A stretch of 64,000 bases of DNA, taken from contig JAGXHG010000037.1 in the NCBI GenBank assembly GCA_024636345.1, forward strand, positions 68,191 to 132,190, in the 5' to 3' direction. This document shows, piece by piece, positions 1-10,987 of the stretch. The stretch's first letter is position 1, and every line of letters starts with the position of its first letter. The notes beneath the pieces are model-generated. The model saw nothing but the letters and a program-made list of their open reading frames with translations. It had not been told where the DNA came from and did not search any database. The position numbers and the translations under genes are program-made. The stretch comes from Desulfobulbaceae bacterium (lineage in GTDB: Bacteria; Desulfobacterota; Desulfobulbia; Desulfobulbales; Desulfocapsaceae).

Positions 1-264
1 GCACTGCTGGAACAGGCGGCAGAGATTCTCGCCCTGAATGGCATCCTAGTCTATGCAACCTGCTCTCTGGAGCCTGAGGAAAATGAGGAGGTGATCGCCC
101 TCTTTCTTGACCGGAATCCCGACTTTATGATGGAAGACTGCACCCCTTACCTTCCACGGGCAGCAAGACAACTGGTCAGGGATGGATTTTTCGCACCGCT
201 GCCCGGACCTTCCATTGATGGATTTTTCGGAGCCAGACTGGTCAAAAAACACAGGCTTGTTTGA
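1..264 (+). CDS. 3' end of an RsmB/NOL1/NOP2/Sun-family RNA (cytosine-C5) methyltransferase; the 5' part lies outside the window
   Basis: Frame 1 is open from base 1 to TGA at 262-264. It is absent from the ORF track because no start codon lies in the window. The translation ...GILVYATCSLEPEENEEVIALFL...DGFFGARL carries the conserved TCS-x-PEENE region of this family. Confidence 0.6.
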   Translation, partial: ALLEQAAEILALNGILVYATCSLEPEENEEVIALFLDRNPDFMMEDCTPYLPRAARQLVRDGFFAPLPGPSIDGFFGARLVKKHRLV

Positions 265-327
265 TTTAGCGTACCGCGCCTGACCAATCTGTCCTCCGTC
301 ACCTGTCACCTGCTAAACGGAGCAACA

Positions 328-1484
328 ATGTCTCGACATCGCATCATCTGGATCATCCTGTTCGTTCTCTTAGGGTTTGGCACCCTTCTCTGGTACCGGC
401 TTTCTCCGGAAAAGATCGAAGTCATTGTTGCGCCTGTTGAACAAGGTGCAGTAGAAAAAGTTGTGGCCAATACTCGGGCCGGGACTCTGAAGGCCTGCCG
501 TCAGGCCCATCTCTCTCCTGCCATCGGCGGCCAGCTCAGTGTCCTGGCAGTGCAAAAAGGGGATCAGGTGCAACAAGGCCAACTCCTGCTGGAACTGTGG
601 AACAAAGACCTTCTTGCCGAAAAAGAGTTGGCGGCAAGTGAAGCCAGAACAGCCCAGGCTCAGGCAGAATCGGCGCGGGTACAGGCAGAAAACTCCAGCC
701 GCGAGGCAAAACGCCTCCAACATCTGTTCCAGATCGACGCCATTGCAGAAGAGACAATGGACAAGGCAAAAAGTCTGGCCGAGGCCCAGCGCTATACCTA
801 TCAGGCTTCCCTTGCGGCCGCCGACACAAGCTTGGCCCGTCTGAATGTCATCACTACCCAACTGGAACGAACCCGGTTGCTGGCACCTTTTCCCGGGATT
901 ATCGCCGAGATCCATGGAGAGCTGAACGAATATATCACCCCTTCCCCGCCAGGCATTGCCACCCTGCCCGCTATCGAACTGCTTGACACCTCCAGCTTTT
1001 ACATTACCGCCCCCATTGACGAAGTAGATGCGGCAAAGGTTCAGGTGGGCGCCAAGGCCAGGGTCACCATGGATGCCTTTGGTGACAGGCATTTTCCAGC
1101 CCGGGTTCGCCGAATTGCCCCCTATGTCCTGGATCTTGAAAAACAGGCACGTACCGTGGAGGTGGAGCTGGAATTCACCGACCCGAAAGACACGAAAAAT
1201 CTTCTGGCCGGATACAGCGTTGACGCGGAAATCATCCTTGAAGAACGCAGCAACACCATACGCATTCCCACTCAGGCATTGCTGCCGGGGAACAGGGTCT
1301 ATGTCTATCAGCCCCATAATGGTCGTCTGGAAGAACGAATCATTCAACCGGGACTGAGTAATTGGGATCGAACCGAGGTCATTGAGGGCTTGCAGTTAGG
1401 CGAACTGATAGTCCTCTCTATCGATCAACCTGGCCTCAAAGACGGGATCCCGGCCAGGGTTTCTCAGGAGGAATCGACAAAGAA

Positions 1485-1488
<4 letters not shown>
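328..1488 (+). CDS. Efflux transporter periplasmic adaptor subunit (HlyD/MacA family)
   Basis: 386-aa ORF with an N-terminal TM helix and a long Ala/Glu/Gln coiled coil (AEKELAASEARTAQAQAESARVQAEN), followed by a beta-rich C-terminus. The stop overlaps the next start (ATGA at 1485-1488), linking it to an ABC ATPase and two FtsX-type permeases. Confidence 0.85.
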
Positions 1489-2175
<687 letters not shown>

Positions 2176-2189
<14 letters not shown>

Positions 2190-3381
2190 TATCCTGTCCT
2201 TCAGTATGCATGCAGCCACTGCCAATCGTGGCCGCACCCTGCTCATGCTGCTGGCCATGGCCATCGGGGTCAGCTCCGTAGTTGTCCTCATATCCCTTGG
2301 CGACAGTGCCAGGATCTATGTCATCGACCAGTTTTCCTCACTCGGCACCAACCTCCTCATTGTCCTGCCCGGGCGTTCAGAAACAACCGGTGGCCCTCCC
2401 CCCTTATTGGGAGAGACTCCCCGCGATCTTACTCTCGAAGATGCCATCGCCCTGACCAGGGCCCGCACCGTGCGACGGATCGCACCGATCATCGCCGGCT
2501 CCGCGCCGGTGTCCGTACACAATCTGGAACGGGAGATGCTGGTACTGGGCAGCACCTCCGAAATATTTGAAATCCGTCACCTGGATTTGAGCCAGGGCGC
2601 CTTTCTGCCGCCCGGTGACCCGACTCGAGCCGAGGCCATCTGTGTCATCGGCCTGACGGGGAAAAAAGAGCTCTTTGGCAACCAGCCCGCCATTGGCAGG
2701 TGGTTGCGCATTGGCGATCGCCGTTTCCGGGTTATCGGAATTCTTGCTTCGCCCGGAGTCTCCCTCGGAGAGGATCTGGGCGACATGGTCATCATTCCGG
2801 TGGCAGCAGCACAGTCACTTTTCAACGCCTCCTCGTTGTTTCGTATTCTGGTGGAGGCCACAAGCCCTGAAGGGATTGAACAGACCCGACAATCCATCCT
2901 CGATACTATCCGTGCTCGCCATGAGGGAGAGGATGATATCACGGTCATTACCCAGGACGCAATTCTGACCACCTTTGACCGAATATTTAAGGCACTGACC
3001 CTGTCTGTGGCCGGTATTGCCGCCATCAGTCTGGTAGTGGCCGGGATCATGATCATGAATGTCATGCTGGTAGCCATATCCAACAGGAAGGCAGAGATAG
3101 GTCTGCTCAAGGCCCTTGGAGCATCAAAGGGACAGATCATGAAGCTGTTTCTGACCGAGTCAACCATCCTGTCATCTATCGGGGCAGCCATTGGACTGAT
3201 GTTGGCCTTGCTCGGCATACAGCTGGCAGCGTTTCTCTTTCCTCAATTTCCTCTGCACATTGCCCCTTGGTCACCGGCCATAGCACTAGGAGTGGCACTG
3301 ATTACCGGCATCATCTTTGGCGTATTGCCGGCACGCCGTGCAGCCAGCCTGGAACCAGCTTTATCCTTGGCCCGACGCTAG
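2176..3381 (+). CDS. ABC transporter permease, FtsX/MacB family
   Basis: TM1, a large extracytoplasmic domain, then three C-terminal TMs of the FtsX type. I chose the ATG at 2176 (MQIRDILSF...). The ORF-track start at 2137 would overlap the ATPase gene more deeply. Confidence 0.85.
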
Positions 3382-3395
3382 GAACCGCTACGATT

Positions 3396-4595
3396 ATGCA
3401 AGTAAACGACTTTTTACGGTACACCATCTATGGCCTTCGCGCCCAACGACTGCGCAGCTTTCTTACGGCCCTGGGTATTGGAGTAGGCATTGGCGCGGTA
3501 GTCCTGCTCACCTCCCTCGGAGAAGGCTTGCATCACTTTGTCCTCGCCGAATTCTCCCAGTTCGGCACCAACCTCATCGCCATCAATCCCGGAAAAGTTA
3601 CCACCCATGGCATCTCCGGGGCTCTGGTCAGCAATGTCCGTCCCTTGACCATCGAGGACACCGAAAACCTCAAAAAACTGCCCCAGATCCTGGATGCGGT
3701 TTCCGTGGTGCAAGGGAATGCTGCAATTGAAGCCGGTAGCCACCAGAGACGCACCACCATCTATGGGGTTGATGCCTCTGCCTCAAGGGTCTGGAGATTT
3801 GCTGTGGCGGCCGGTCGTTTTCTCCCCGATGATCCCCCCCGGGCGGCACGCTCCTTTACAGTCCTTGGCAGCAAGGTGCGACAGGAGTTGTTCGGCTCCA
3901 CTCAGGCTTTAGGCATGCGAGTCCGCATTGGCGGCGAGCTCTTCCGGGTCATCGGCACCATGGAGTCAAAGGGACAGCTACTCGGCTTTGACCTTGACGA
4001 TGCCGTTTATATCCCTGCCAGCAAGGCCCTGGCCCTGTTTAATCGGGAAAGTCTTATGGAGATAGACCTGCTCCATAGCACCAACAGCAGCTCCACCGTT
4101 GTAGCCGAACAGGTCAGGAAGGTCTTGGCAGGCCGGCACGGCAGTGAGGATTTCACCATCACCACCCAGGAAAAGATGCTGGATGTGCTGGGCGGAGTGC
4201 TGGGCACCCTGACCATCGCGGTAGGTGCATTGGGAGGAATATCCCTGCTGGTGGGCGGTGTCGGCATCCTGACCATCATGTCGATTGCAGTCAATGAACG
4301 CACCGGAGAAATCGGTCTGCTCAGGGCTCTGGGGGTAGGCCGGAATCAGATTCTGGCTCTCTTTCTTGGTGAGGCGATTGTGCTCGCAGCCATCGGCGGA
4401 CTGGCAGGACTGGGACTGGGGATAGGAGGATCGTGGCTTGTCAGTCTTCTGGTACCGGCCCTGCCCAGCCACACATCCTGGGGCTATGTGGTCTCAGCTG
4501 AGCTGTTGGCGGCCCTTGTGGGTCTTTTGGCAGGAGTCCTTCCCGCCCGTCGCGCCGCCAGGATGCATCCGGTTGAAGCGCTACGGGCGGAATAA
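3396..4595 (+). CDS. ABC transporter permease, FtsX/MacB family (second paralog)
   Basis: Same architecture as 2176-3381. I chose the ATG at 3396 (MQVNDFLRYTIYGLRAQRLRSF...), just after the upstream stop. The longer ORF-track start at 3267 lies inside the previous gene. Confidence 0.85.
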   Translation: MQVNDFLRYTIYGLRAQRLRSFLTALGIGVGIGAVVLLTSLGEGLHHFVLAEFSQFGTNLIAINPGKVTTHGISGALVSNVRPLTIEDTENLKKLPQILDAVSVVQGNAAIEAGSHQRRTTIYGVDASASRVWRFAVAAGRFLPDDPPRAARSFTVLGSKVRQELFGSTQALGMRVRIGGELFRVIGTMESKGQLLGFDLDDAVYIPASKALALFNRESLMEIDLLHSTNSSSTVVAEQVRKVLAGRHGSEDFTITTQEKMLDVLGGVLGTLTIAVGALGGISLLVGGVGILTIMSIAVNERTGEIGLLRALGVGRNQILALFLGEAIVLAAIGGLAGLGLGIGGSWLVSLLVPALPSHTSWGYVVSAELLAALVGLLAGVLPARRAARMHPVEALRAE

Positions 4596-4610
4596 ACAGT
4601 GTGATCAGCA

Positions 4611-4637
4611 GTAGCCTTTCACTTGGTGAAAGGCTAC
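4611..4637. terminator. Hairpin between convergent genes (possible bidirectional terminator)
   Basis: GTAGCCTTTCA-cttgg-TGAAAGGCTAC forms a perfect 11-bp stem. There is no clear U-tract on either strand. Confidence 0.4.
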
Positions 4638-4650
4638 AAATCCTATCCTG

Positions 4651-5544
4651 TCACTTCACAACCTTGAGACCAAACATCCCCTGAAGTGCTGCCGGCAGGT
4701 CCGCAGGCAGCACCACGGTTTTGGCATTATCGGAGGTGCTCAGTTCCTGCAAAGTAGCTATATATTTCTCGCCCAGCAGGTAGAGAGCCGGCAACTGCTC
4801 GTTCCCGAGCCCTTGTTGCACCAGCGCCAGAGCATCCTTGGTGGCATTGGCAAGGACAATCCTGGCCTCGGCATCCCTTCTCGAGGCTTCAAGGCTGCCC
4901 TCCGCCTCCAGGATGGCCTTCTGCTTCTGGCCTTCTGCCATCAGGATAGCGGCCTGTTTTTCCCCTTCGGCCTCGGTGATAGCCGCCCTTCGAATCCGCT
5001 CAGCCGCAGCCTGACGCTCCATGGAGGCCTGCATGGTAGTCGATGGTTTGATATCCTGAATCTCGATACTTTTGACCGTCAATCCCCAATCCTCAAGATC
5101 ATTGGCAATAGCCTGAATCAATTTAAGCTTGATCTGCTCCCGGGAACTGAGAGCATCATCCAGATCCATCTGACCAATAATGGCCCGCAGATTGGTCATA
5201 ATCAGATTTCTGGTGGCATTTTCATAGAAATCAATACCGAAAATAGCCTTATGCGGGGTATGGATATTGACAAAGGCAATAGCATTGGTGATAATCACCG
5301 CATTATCACGGGTAATAACCTCCTGACTGGGGATATCCAGTGAGATATCCTTTCTGGTTACCTTGGCGGCGATGGTATCGATATAAGGGATAATCAGATT
5401 CAGACCCGGTGTAAGCGTGGCATGATATTTACCCAGGCGCATAATCACATATTCAAAGCCCTGGGGAACAATCTTGACCCCGTTGGCAATAGTCACAATG
5501 ACCAAAACCAAGATAGCACCTATAATAATAAGACCTACATTCAT
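4651..5544 (-). CDS. SPFH/Band-7 (stomatin/prohibitin-like) membrane protein
   Basis: N-terminal TM, an SPFH core, then an Ala/Glu-rich coiled coil (AAAERIRRAAITEAEGEKQAAILMAEGQKQKAILEAEG). It is paired with an upstream NfeD gene. Confidence 0.9.
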   Translation of the reverse strand: MNVGLIIIGAILVLVIVTIANGVKIVPQGFEYVIMRLGKYHATLTPGLNLIIPYIDTIAAKVTRKDISLDIPSQEVITRDNAVIITNAIAFVNIHTPHKAIFGIDFYENATRNLIMTNLRAIIGQMDLDDALSSREQIKLKLIQAIANDLEDWGLTVKSIEIQDIKPSTTMQASMERQAAAERIRRAAITEAEGEKQAAILMAEGQKQKAILEAEGSLEASRRDAEARIVLANATKDALALVQQGLGNEQLPALYLLGEKYIATLQELSTSDNAKTVVLPADLPAALQGMFGLKVVK

Positions 5545-5576
5545 ATTTTCTTCCTCCTTTCAAAGATTCACCAACG

Positions 5577-6044
5577 TTACCGCACTCTTTCAACTTTAAG
5601 AATTCGCTCTTTTTGATCTGGGGAGAAAACCGCTATCACTCGAACCCGGTTCCCGGTTTCTATGGGTTCATCAGCCAGATACATCCATGATTCGTCATCC
5701 AGCACCGGGACAGAAAAAACCACCCGGCCCATCTCTCCCGGAATCAGGGCTCGAGTGGCAGCAATCCCGGTCTGGCCTATGGCTGCCTGCTCATCAACCA
5801 GCAGGGACTTCATTTTTTTCCGAGGCACAAAAAGACGAAACCAGAAAAATGTAAAGGCAACACTGGATACTGAAAACACCAGCAATTGCCACTTCAATGA
5901 GATTTCGGGAAGAAGGGCCATCACGAGACCCGTCACCAGAGCCCCCAGTCCAAACCAGAAGATAGTGAACGACGGTACCACCATTTCCATAAGAACCAGG
6001 ATGACTCCCAAAACAATCCAGTGCCACCAGAGAATATTTTCCAT
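5577..6044 (-). CDS. NfeD-family membrane protein
   Basis: Three hydrophobic helices followed by a C-terminal OB-like NfeD domain. It sits 33 nt upstream of the SPFH gene, which is the classical nfeD-SPFH pair. The start is set at MENILWWHW (ATG with A at 6044). Confidence 0.8.
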   Translation of the reverse strand: MENILWWHWIVLGVILVLMEMVVPSFTIFWFGLGALVTGLVMALLPEISLKWQLLVFSVSSVAFTFFWFRLFVPRKKMKSLLVDEQAAIGQTGIAATRALIPGEMGRVVFSVPVLDDESWMYLADEPIETGNRVRVIAVFSPDQKERILKVERVR

Positions 6045-6226
6045 CGCCCTTCCTTGTCTTAAATTAGAGCCGCAATAACATCCATTTGACCAGAAGCCTT
6101 TATGCAAACCTGCAACCCACTCCCCAGAAATCTATCGTTTTGTCGGGGAGGACCCCGCCCAACAACAGCTAACTAGAATCATATGTTAATTTTTTCTTTT
6201 AATCAATTACACTCTTCAGCGAATAA

Positions 6227-6595
6227 CTAACCCCCGACGCGTTTAACCTTGTATCCTTGAGCTGCGAACTCTGCCATCAGCAGATCCCGATGGTCTCCTT
6301 GGATCTCGACCACCCCATCTTTTATCGACCCACCGCAACCACATTTTTTCTTCAGTTCTCGGACTATTATTCTCAGTGCGTCAGAGTCAATGGCCAGACC
6401 TGTCACCAGAGTCACCCCTTTTCCCTTACGCCCTTTTGTCTCTATGCCGATCCTGACAATGCCATCAGAAAGAGAAACAGTGGATTTTTGACGGCAACCA
6501 CACTGTGATGTTGTTTTTTTACAGGCAGGACAGATACTGCCCTGTTCCGTGGAAAAGACCAGACCACCATTACTGCTATTTTTTTTGGACATCAC
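6227..6595 (-). CDS. yciH: SUI1/eIF1-family translation initiation factor homolog YciH
   Basis: 122 aa. The motif KGRKGKGVTLVTGL...LKKKCGCGGSIKDGVVEIQGDHRD is the typical SUI1 fold signature. Confidence 0.85.
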   Translation of the reverse strand: MMSKKNSSNGGLVFSTEQGSICPACKKTTSQCGCRQKSTVSLSDGIVRIGIETKGRKGKGVTLVTGLAIDSDALRIIVRELKKKCGCGGSIKDGVVEIQGDHRDLLMAEFAAQGYKVKRVGG

Positions 6596-6702
6596 TTTCT
6601 CCGATCAAGAGTTACAGTATCTTCCCGATTGATGAAATGGTATTGTAGCACCAGCAGCACAACATTGCCAGGCAGTTAGGATACAGAAAAAAACGGAAAG
6701 AG

Positions 6703-8093
6703 ATGAAAAAAATCTGGAACAAGTGGAGAGAAAACAGTCGGTATCGAGAGGTGTCAAAGGTCTGCATCCCTCTGGTAATGAGCATGGCCGCAACAATGGT
6801 CATGGAATTCACCGATCGGATTTTTCTCTCAAATTATAGTGTAAATGCCATCTCCGCAGCTCTCCCGGCAGGAGTCACCGCCTTTCTGTGTATGACGTTT
6901 CTGGGCGGGATCGGTGGCTATGTCACTGTTTTTATCGCTCAATACTATGGCGCCGGTAAAAATCAGCAGATTGGAATTGCCCTGTGGCAGGGACTTTACT
7001 TTTGCCTGTTTGCCGGAGTTGTCCTCTTTACCCTCTCCCTGACCGCAACCGGCCCCCTGTTTCTACTGGCAGGACATCCCCCCGAGGTTCGAGTCCTGGA
7101 GGAAATCTATTTTAACATCTTATGCCGGGGTGCGATACTTCACGTAACGGCCCAGACCATCTCCGGGTTCTTCACCGGCCGGGGCATGACCCGCCCGGTT
7201 ATGCTTTGCAATATTATCGGCATGATGGTCAATATTCCCCTGGATTATGCCTTGATCAACGGAGTCTGGGGGCTGCCTGAAATGGGGATCGCCGGTGCCG
7301 GACTGGCGACCGTTATTTCCTGGGCCGTCATTGTCCTGCTGCTCATCCCCTTGATTTTCACCCGTGAAAATGACAGACTTTACCATATCTACCAGGGAAG
7401 TCCTTTTAATCTGGGTATTTTTCTGCGTCTTATGAGATTTGGGATTCCCGGCAGCCTACAATTCAGCCTCGACATCTTCGCCTTCACCTTTTTCATTCTC
7501 ATGGTTGGGCGATTGGGGAGGGAAGAGCTTGCCGCCAGCAATATCGTGATCGCCATCAGTTCTCTGGCCTTTATGCCTGCCCTCGGATTTTCGCAGGGTA
7601 TCAGCAGTCTGGTGGGACAGGCTCTGGGCCGTGGCAGGCCGCAACAGGCAAAATACGCCACCTGGAGCGGAATCCATCTTCTGCTGACCTACACTCTTTT
7701 CCTTAATTTTTTCCTGATTTTTACACCGGAGGTCATCATTGCCCTCTTCATTCCCCAGGGACAGATGCGGTCGGGTATGCCTCAGTTGTTGAGCTCTGTA
7801 CCCATTTGCTCCGTATCGTTGCCGTCTACATATGCATGGATGTTTTTTACATGATTTTCTCAGGAGTACTCCGAGGTGCAGGAGATACCCGCTTTATCAT
7901 GTGGTGCATTGGCACATCGTCTGTATTCTGCATGCTCCTCCCTCTCTACATCGGCATAGAACTCTTTGACAGGGGGCTCTACTACGCCTGGTTCTGTGTC
8001 CTGCTCTTTGTGGCAGTCCTCTTTATCATGGCGTCCTTCAGGTATAGACAGGGGAAATGGCAGCATATGCTGGTTGTTGAGCGGGAAACCTGA
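6703..8093 (+). pseudogene. MATE-family efflux transporter interrupted by a -1 frameshift near 7753-7760
   Basis: ORF 6703-7854 (MATE TMs 1-10) becomes nonsense after ...ALFIPQG. The frame of ORF 7806-8093 is open from about 7743 and reads PGTDAVGYASVVELCTHLLRIVAVYICMDVFYMIFSGVLRGAGDTRF, the conserved MATE TM11-12 region. The two frames join at the CCCCAGGG homopolymer runs. Confidence 0.7.
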
Positions 8094-8150
8094 TCAGAGA
8101 AGAGTCTCAAACGAGCAGGGACAAAGGTTACGTCTTGAATGCGAATTGGA

Positions 8151-8369
8151 TTAACGGCCACGCATACGAGGGGAATGGGCACAGAAAGATGACGATGTTT
8201 TCTTGTCCTCAAGCATCTTGCGCAACTGTTGCAATTCCGCCTGAGACTGACGTAATTCCTCACGCAAATCAGTATTTGCAAGTAATGGCAATGCCTCAAG
8301 TTGTACTTCAAGCCGAGCTACATTCTGCTGGGCGCGATACAATTCTATGGCCAGTAATTTGATTGACAT
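8151..8369 (-). CDS. Hypothetical 72-aa coiled-coil protein (weak call)
   Basis: Heptad-like sequence LYRAQQNVARLEVQLEAL...ELRQSQAELQQLRKMLEDKK. No SD precedes the ATG, and it lies in an AT-rich segment. Confidence 0.25.
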   Translation of the reverse strand: MSIKLLAIELYRAQQNVARLEVQLEALPLLANTDLREELRQSQAELQQLRKMLEDKKTSSSFCAHSPRMRGR

Positions 8370-8434
8370 CAGGACAGGGAATATGGATCAAAAGACCCAT
8401 GAAGGAACATAATGGGGAGAGAATGGAGTTTCTG

Positions 8435-8587
8435 TTATTTCTTACTATTAGCGGAATTTTTCTGTTGCATTGCGCTTTTATTAAACGAAGCACAATATTC
8501 CTGCACCAGTTTTTTCCTGTCAATAGGGGACATTTTAAAATAAAAAGGACTGAGCATAAGAACTCCAATGGCTTCCTGACTGGTCAT
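8435..8587 (-). CDS. Hypothetical 50-aa protein, below the ORF-track length cut-off
   Basis: Hand translation of the minus strand gives MTSQEAIGVLMLSPFYFKMSPIDRKKLVQEYCASFNKSAMQQKNSANSKK* with ATG (A at 8587) and TAA at 8435-8437. It is preceded by AAAGGAGGA (GGAGG = 8596-8600) with an 8-nt spacer. Confidence 0.45.
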   Translation of the reverse strand: MTSQEAIGVLMLSPFYFKMSPIDRKKLVQEYCASFNKSAMQQKNSANSKK

Positions 8588-8736
8588 ATCCTTATCCTCC
8601 TTTCATTTTTTAAGAAAAAAAATTAATAGCATTCATTGTTACTCTTATCGACTCTTCTATACTTATTATTTATCAATAAAAGTAAGACATGTAAAGATTT
8701 AATAAACTTATCTCTTCGATAGAGTCATGAAATATG

Positions 8737-8782
8737 CAACAAAACAACGCAAGGGTTGAATCTGACAGATTCAACCCTTGCG
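8737..8782 (-). terminator. Rho-independent terminator of yajC
   Basis: CGCAAGGGTTGAATC-tgaca-GATTCAACCCTTGCG forms a perfect 15-bp stem (8748-8782). On the minus strand it is followed by TTGTTTTGTTG. Confidence 0.8.
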
Positions 8783-8833
8783 TCCGGTACCGTTCTCTAC
8801 AACCTGCAGAGCGTATCAGCAGCCGCCAATACC

Positions 8834-9142
8834 TCAGCCACCAGCCTTAACTGGAGCCGCTGTATTCGCACTTTCTGGGCTGGCAATGGCGGAACGGGAG
8901 ACCTTGACACGGATATCCTGAGCGATCTCCAAAGTAACAACGGTATCCGTCAACCCGGTAATCGTACCATGAATACCACCCTTGGTGATAACCTTGTTCC
9001 CGTTCTTCAGATCGTTTAAAAATTGCTGCTGCTGTTTGGCCTGCTTCTGCTGCGGCCTGATCAATAAAAAGTAAAAAACGACAAAGATAAGAATAAGAGG
9101 GAGAAATTGGGCAATTCCTCCGCCTGCTCCAGCTGCTGGCAT
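8834..9142 (-). CDS. yajC: Preprotein translocase subunit YajC
   Basis: 102 aa with a single TM and the motif FYFLLIRPQQKQAKQQQQFLNDLKNGNKVITKGGIHGTI. It lies downstream of tgt as in many bacteria. SD GGAGGAA. Confidence 0.92.
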   Translation of the reverse strand: MPAAGAGGGIAQFLPLILIFVVFYFLLIRPQQKQAKQQQQFLNDLKNGNKVITKGGIHGTITGLTDTVVTLEIAQDIRVKVSRSAIASPESANTAAPVKAGG

Positions 9143-9185
9143 AATGGTTCCTCCAAAAAATGTGATGTAACGGTAATGTTATCTT

Positions 9186-9250
9186 TAAGAAGCCGTTGCA
9201 AAATCTTCGTTACATTTATCTGATCATTTCATAACCGGCTCTTGATGCCG
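9186..9250. repeat. Degenerate copy of the GAGCCGTWACGAAAT palindromic repeat family
   Basis: ...AAGAAGCCGTTGCAAAAT...ATTTCATAACCGGCTCTTGATGCCG. The 3' end matches copy 33990-34052 (ATTTCGTTACGGCTCCTTATGCCG). Intergenic, between yajC and tgt. Confidence 0.45.
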
Positions 9251-9330
9251 ACCACGAAATTCCAATGTTACGTTTTTTTTAAACGACCCTACCAGAGACA
9301 TTGCACTCTCGACAAAAAAAAATATGTTAA

Positions 9331-10620
<1,290 letters not shown>

Positions 10621-10657
10621 CTATATTCATGCTCAATATTTTTTTCAACTACCATAT

Positions 10658-10683
10658 ATTGTAGCCCTCGATTGTAGCCCTCG
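10658..10683. repeat. Perfect tandem duplication 2 x 13 bp (ATTGTAGCCCTCG)
   Basis: Read directly: ATTGTAGCCCTCG at 10658-10670 and again at 10671-10683. It lies in the 540-bp AT-rich leader/promoter region of the porin-like gene. Confidence 0.9.
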
Positions 10684-10987
10684 CCAGGTCCCCTTTGAAC
10701 ATGGGGAACCAGAGGATAAAAATTTATACTTCGCAGATGTACCGCAAGGACAAGACAAGAAAAAAATGAAGATAATTTATTGACATAGGGAAAAAAATGC
10801 GTTAGTACAAATTATTGTAGTTAATTTTTTTAAAATTGAATTTGAATAAATGTTACTCATATTCAAGGAAGAAGGTAGAACTGTTTGATTCTCCTGCCCA
10901 TTTACGTGGAAAGGGATCATGGATGCGTTCTTGAGTCTCAGGAGGATTCAGGAATCGTTATAATTAAAAAAATTTGGAGGAAAGAAG

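Noticed and set aside
370-1347. Long antisense ORFs opposite well-supported genes: 370-1347, 2577-3218, 11711-12553, 17847-18509, 26366-27436, 30185-30886, 30630-31361, 39704-40504, 44634-45533, 59799-60467 and 61153-61878.
   Set aside because: Each lies fully inside a gene with clear family motifs on the other strand. Their translations are low-complexity (Gly/Arg/Pro/His-rich) with no recognisable domain and no SD. This is typical of shadow ORFs in genes with strong codon bias.
6677-6682. A single TTAGGA hexamer between yciH and the MATE gene, considered as a further Pho box.
   Set aside because: There are no phased partner hexamers at +/-11 bp and no matching -10 at the 11-nt spacing. It is a lone hexamer, expected by chance.
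8308-8626. ORF-track entries 8308-8568 (-) and 8363-8626 (+) in the AT-rich segment.
   Set aside because: Neither has an SD. Their compositions (Ile/Leu/Phe/Lys/Asn-rich) are what AT-rich non-coding DNA yields. The 50-aa ORF with a strong SD in another frame is the better candidate.
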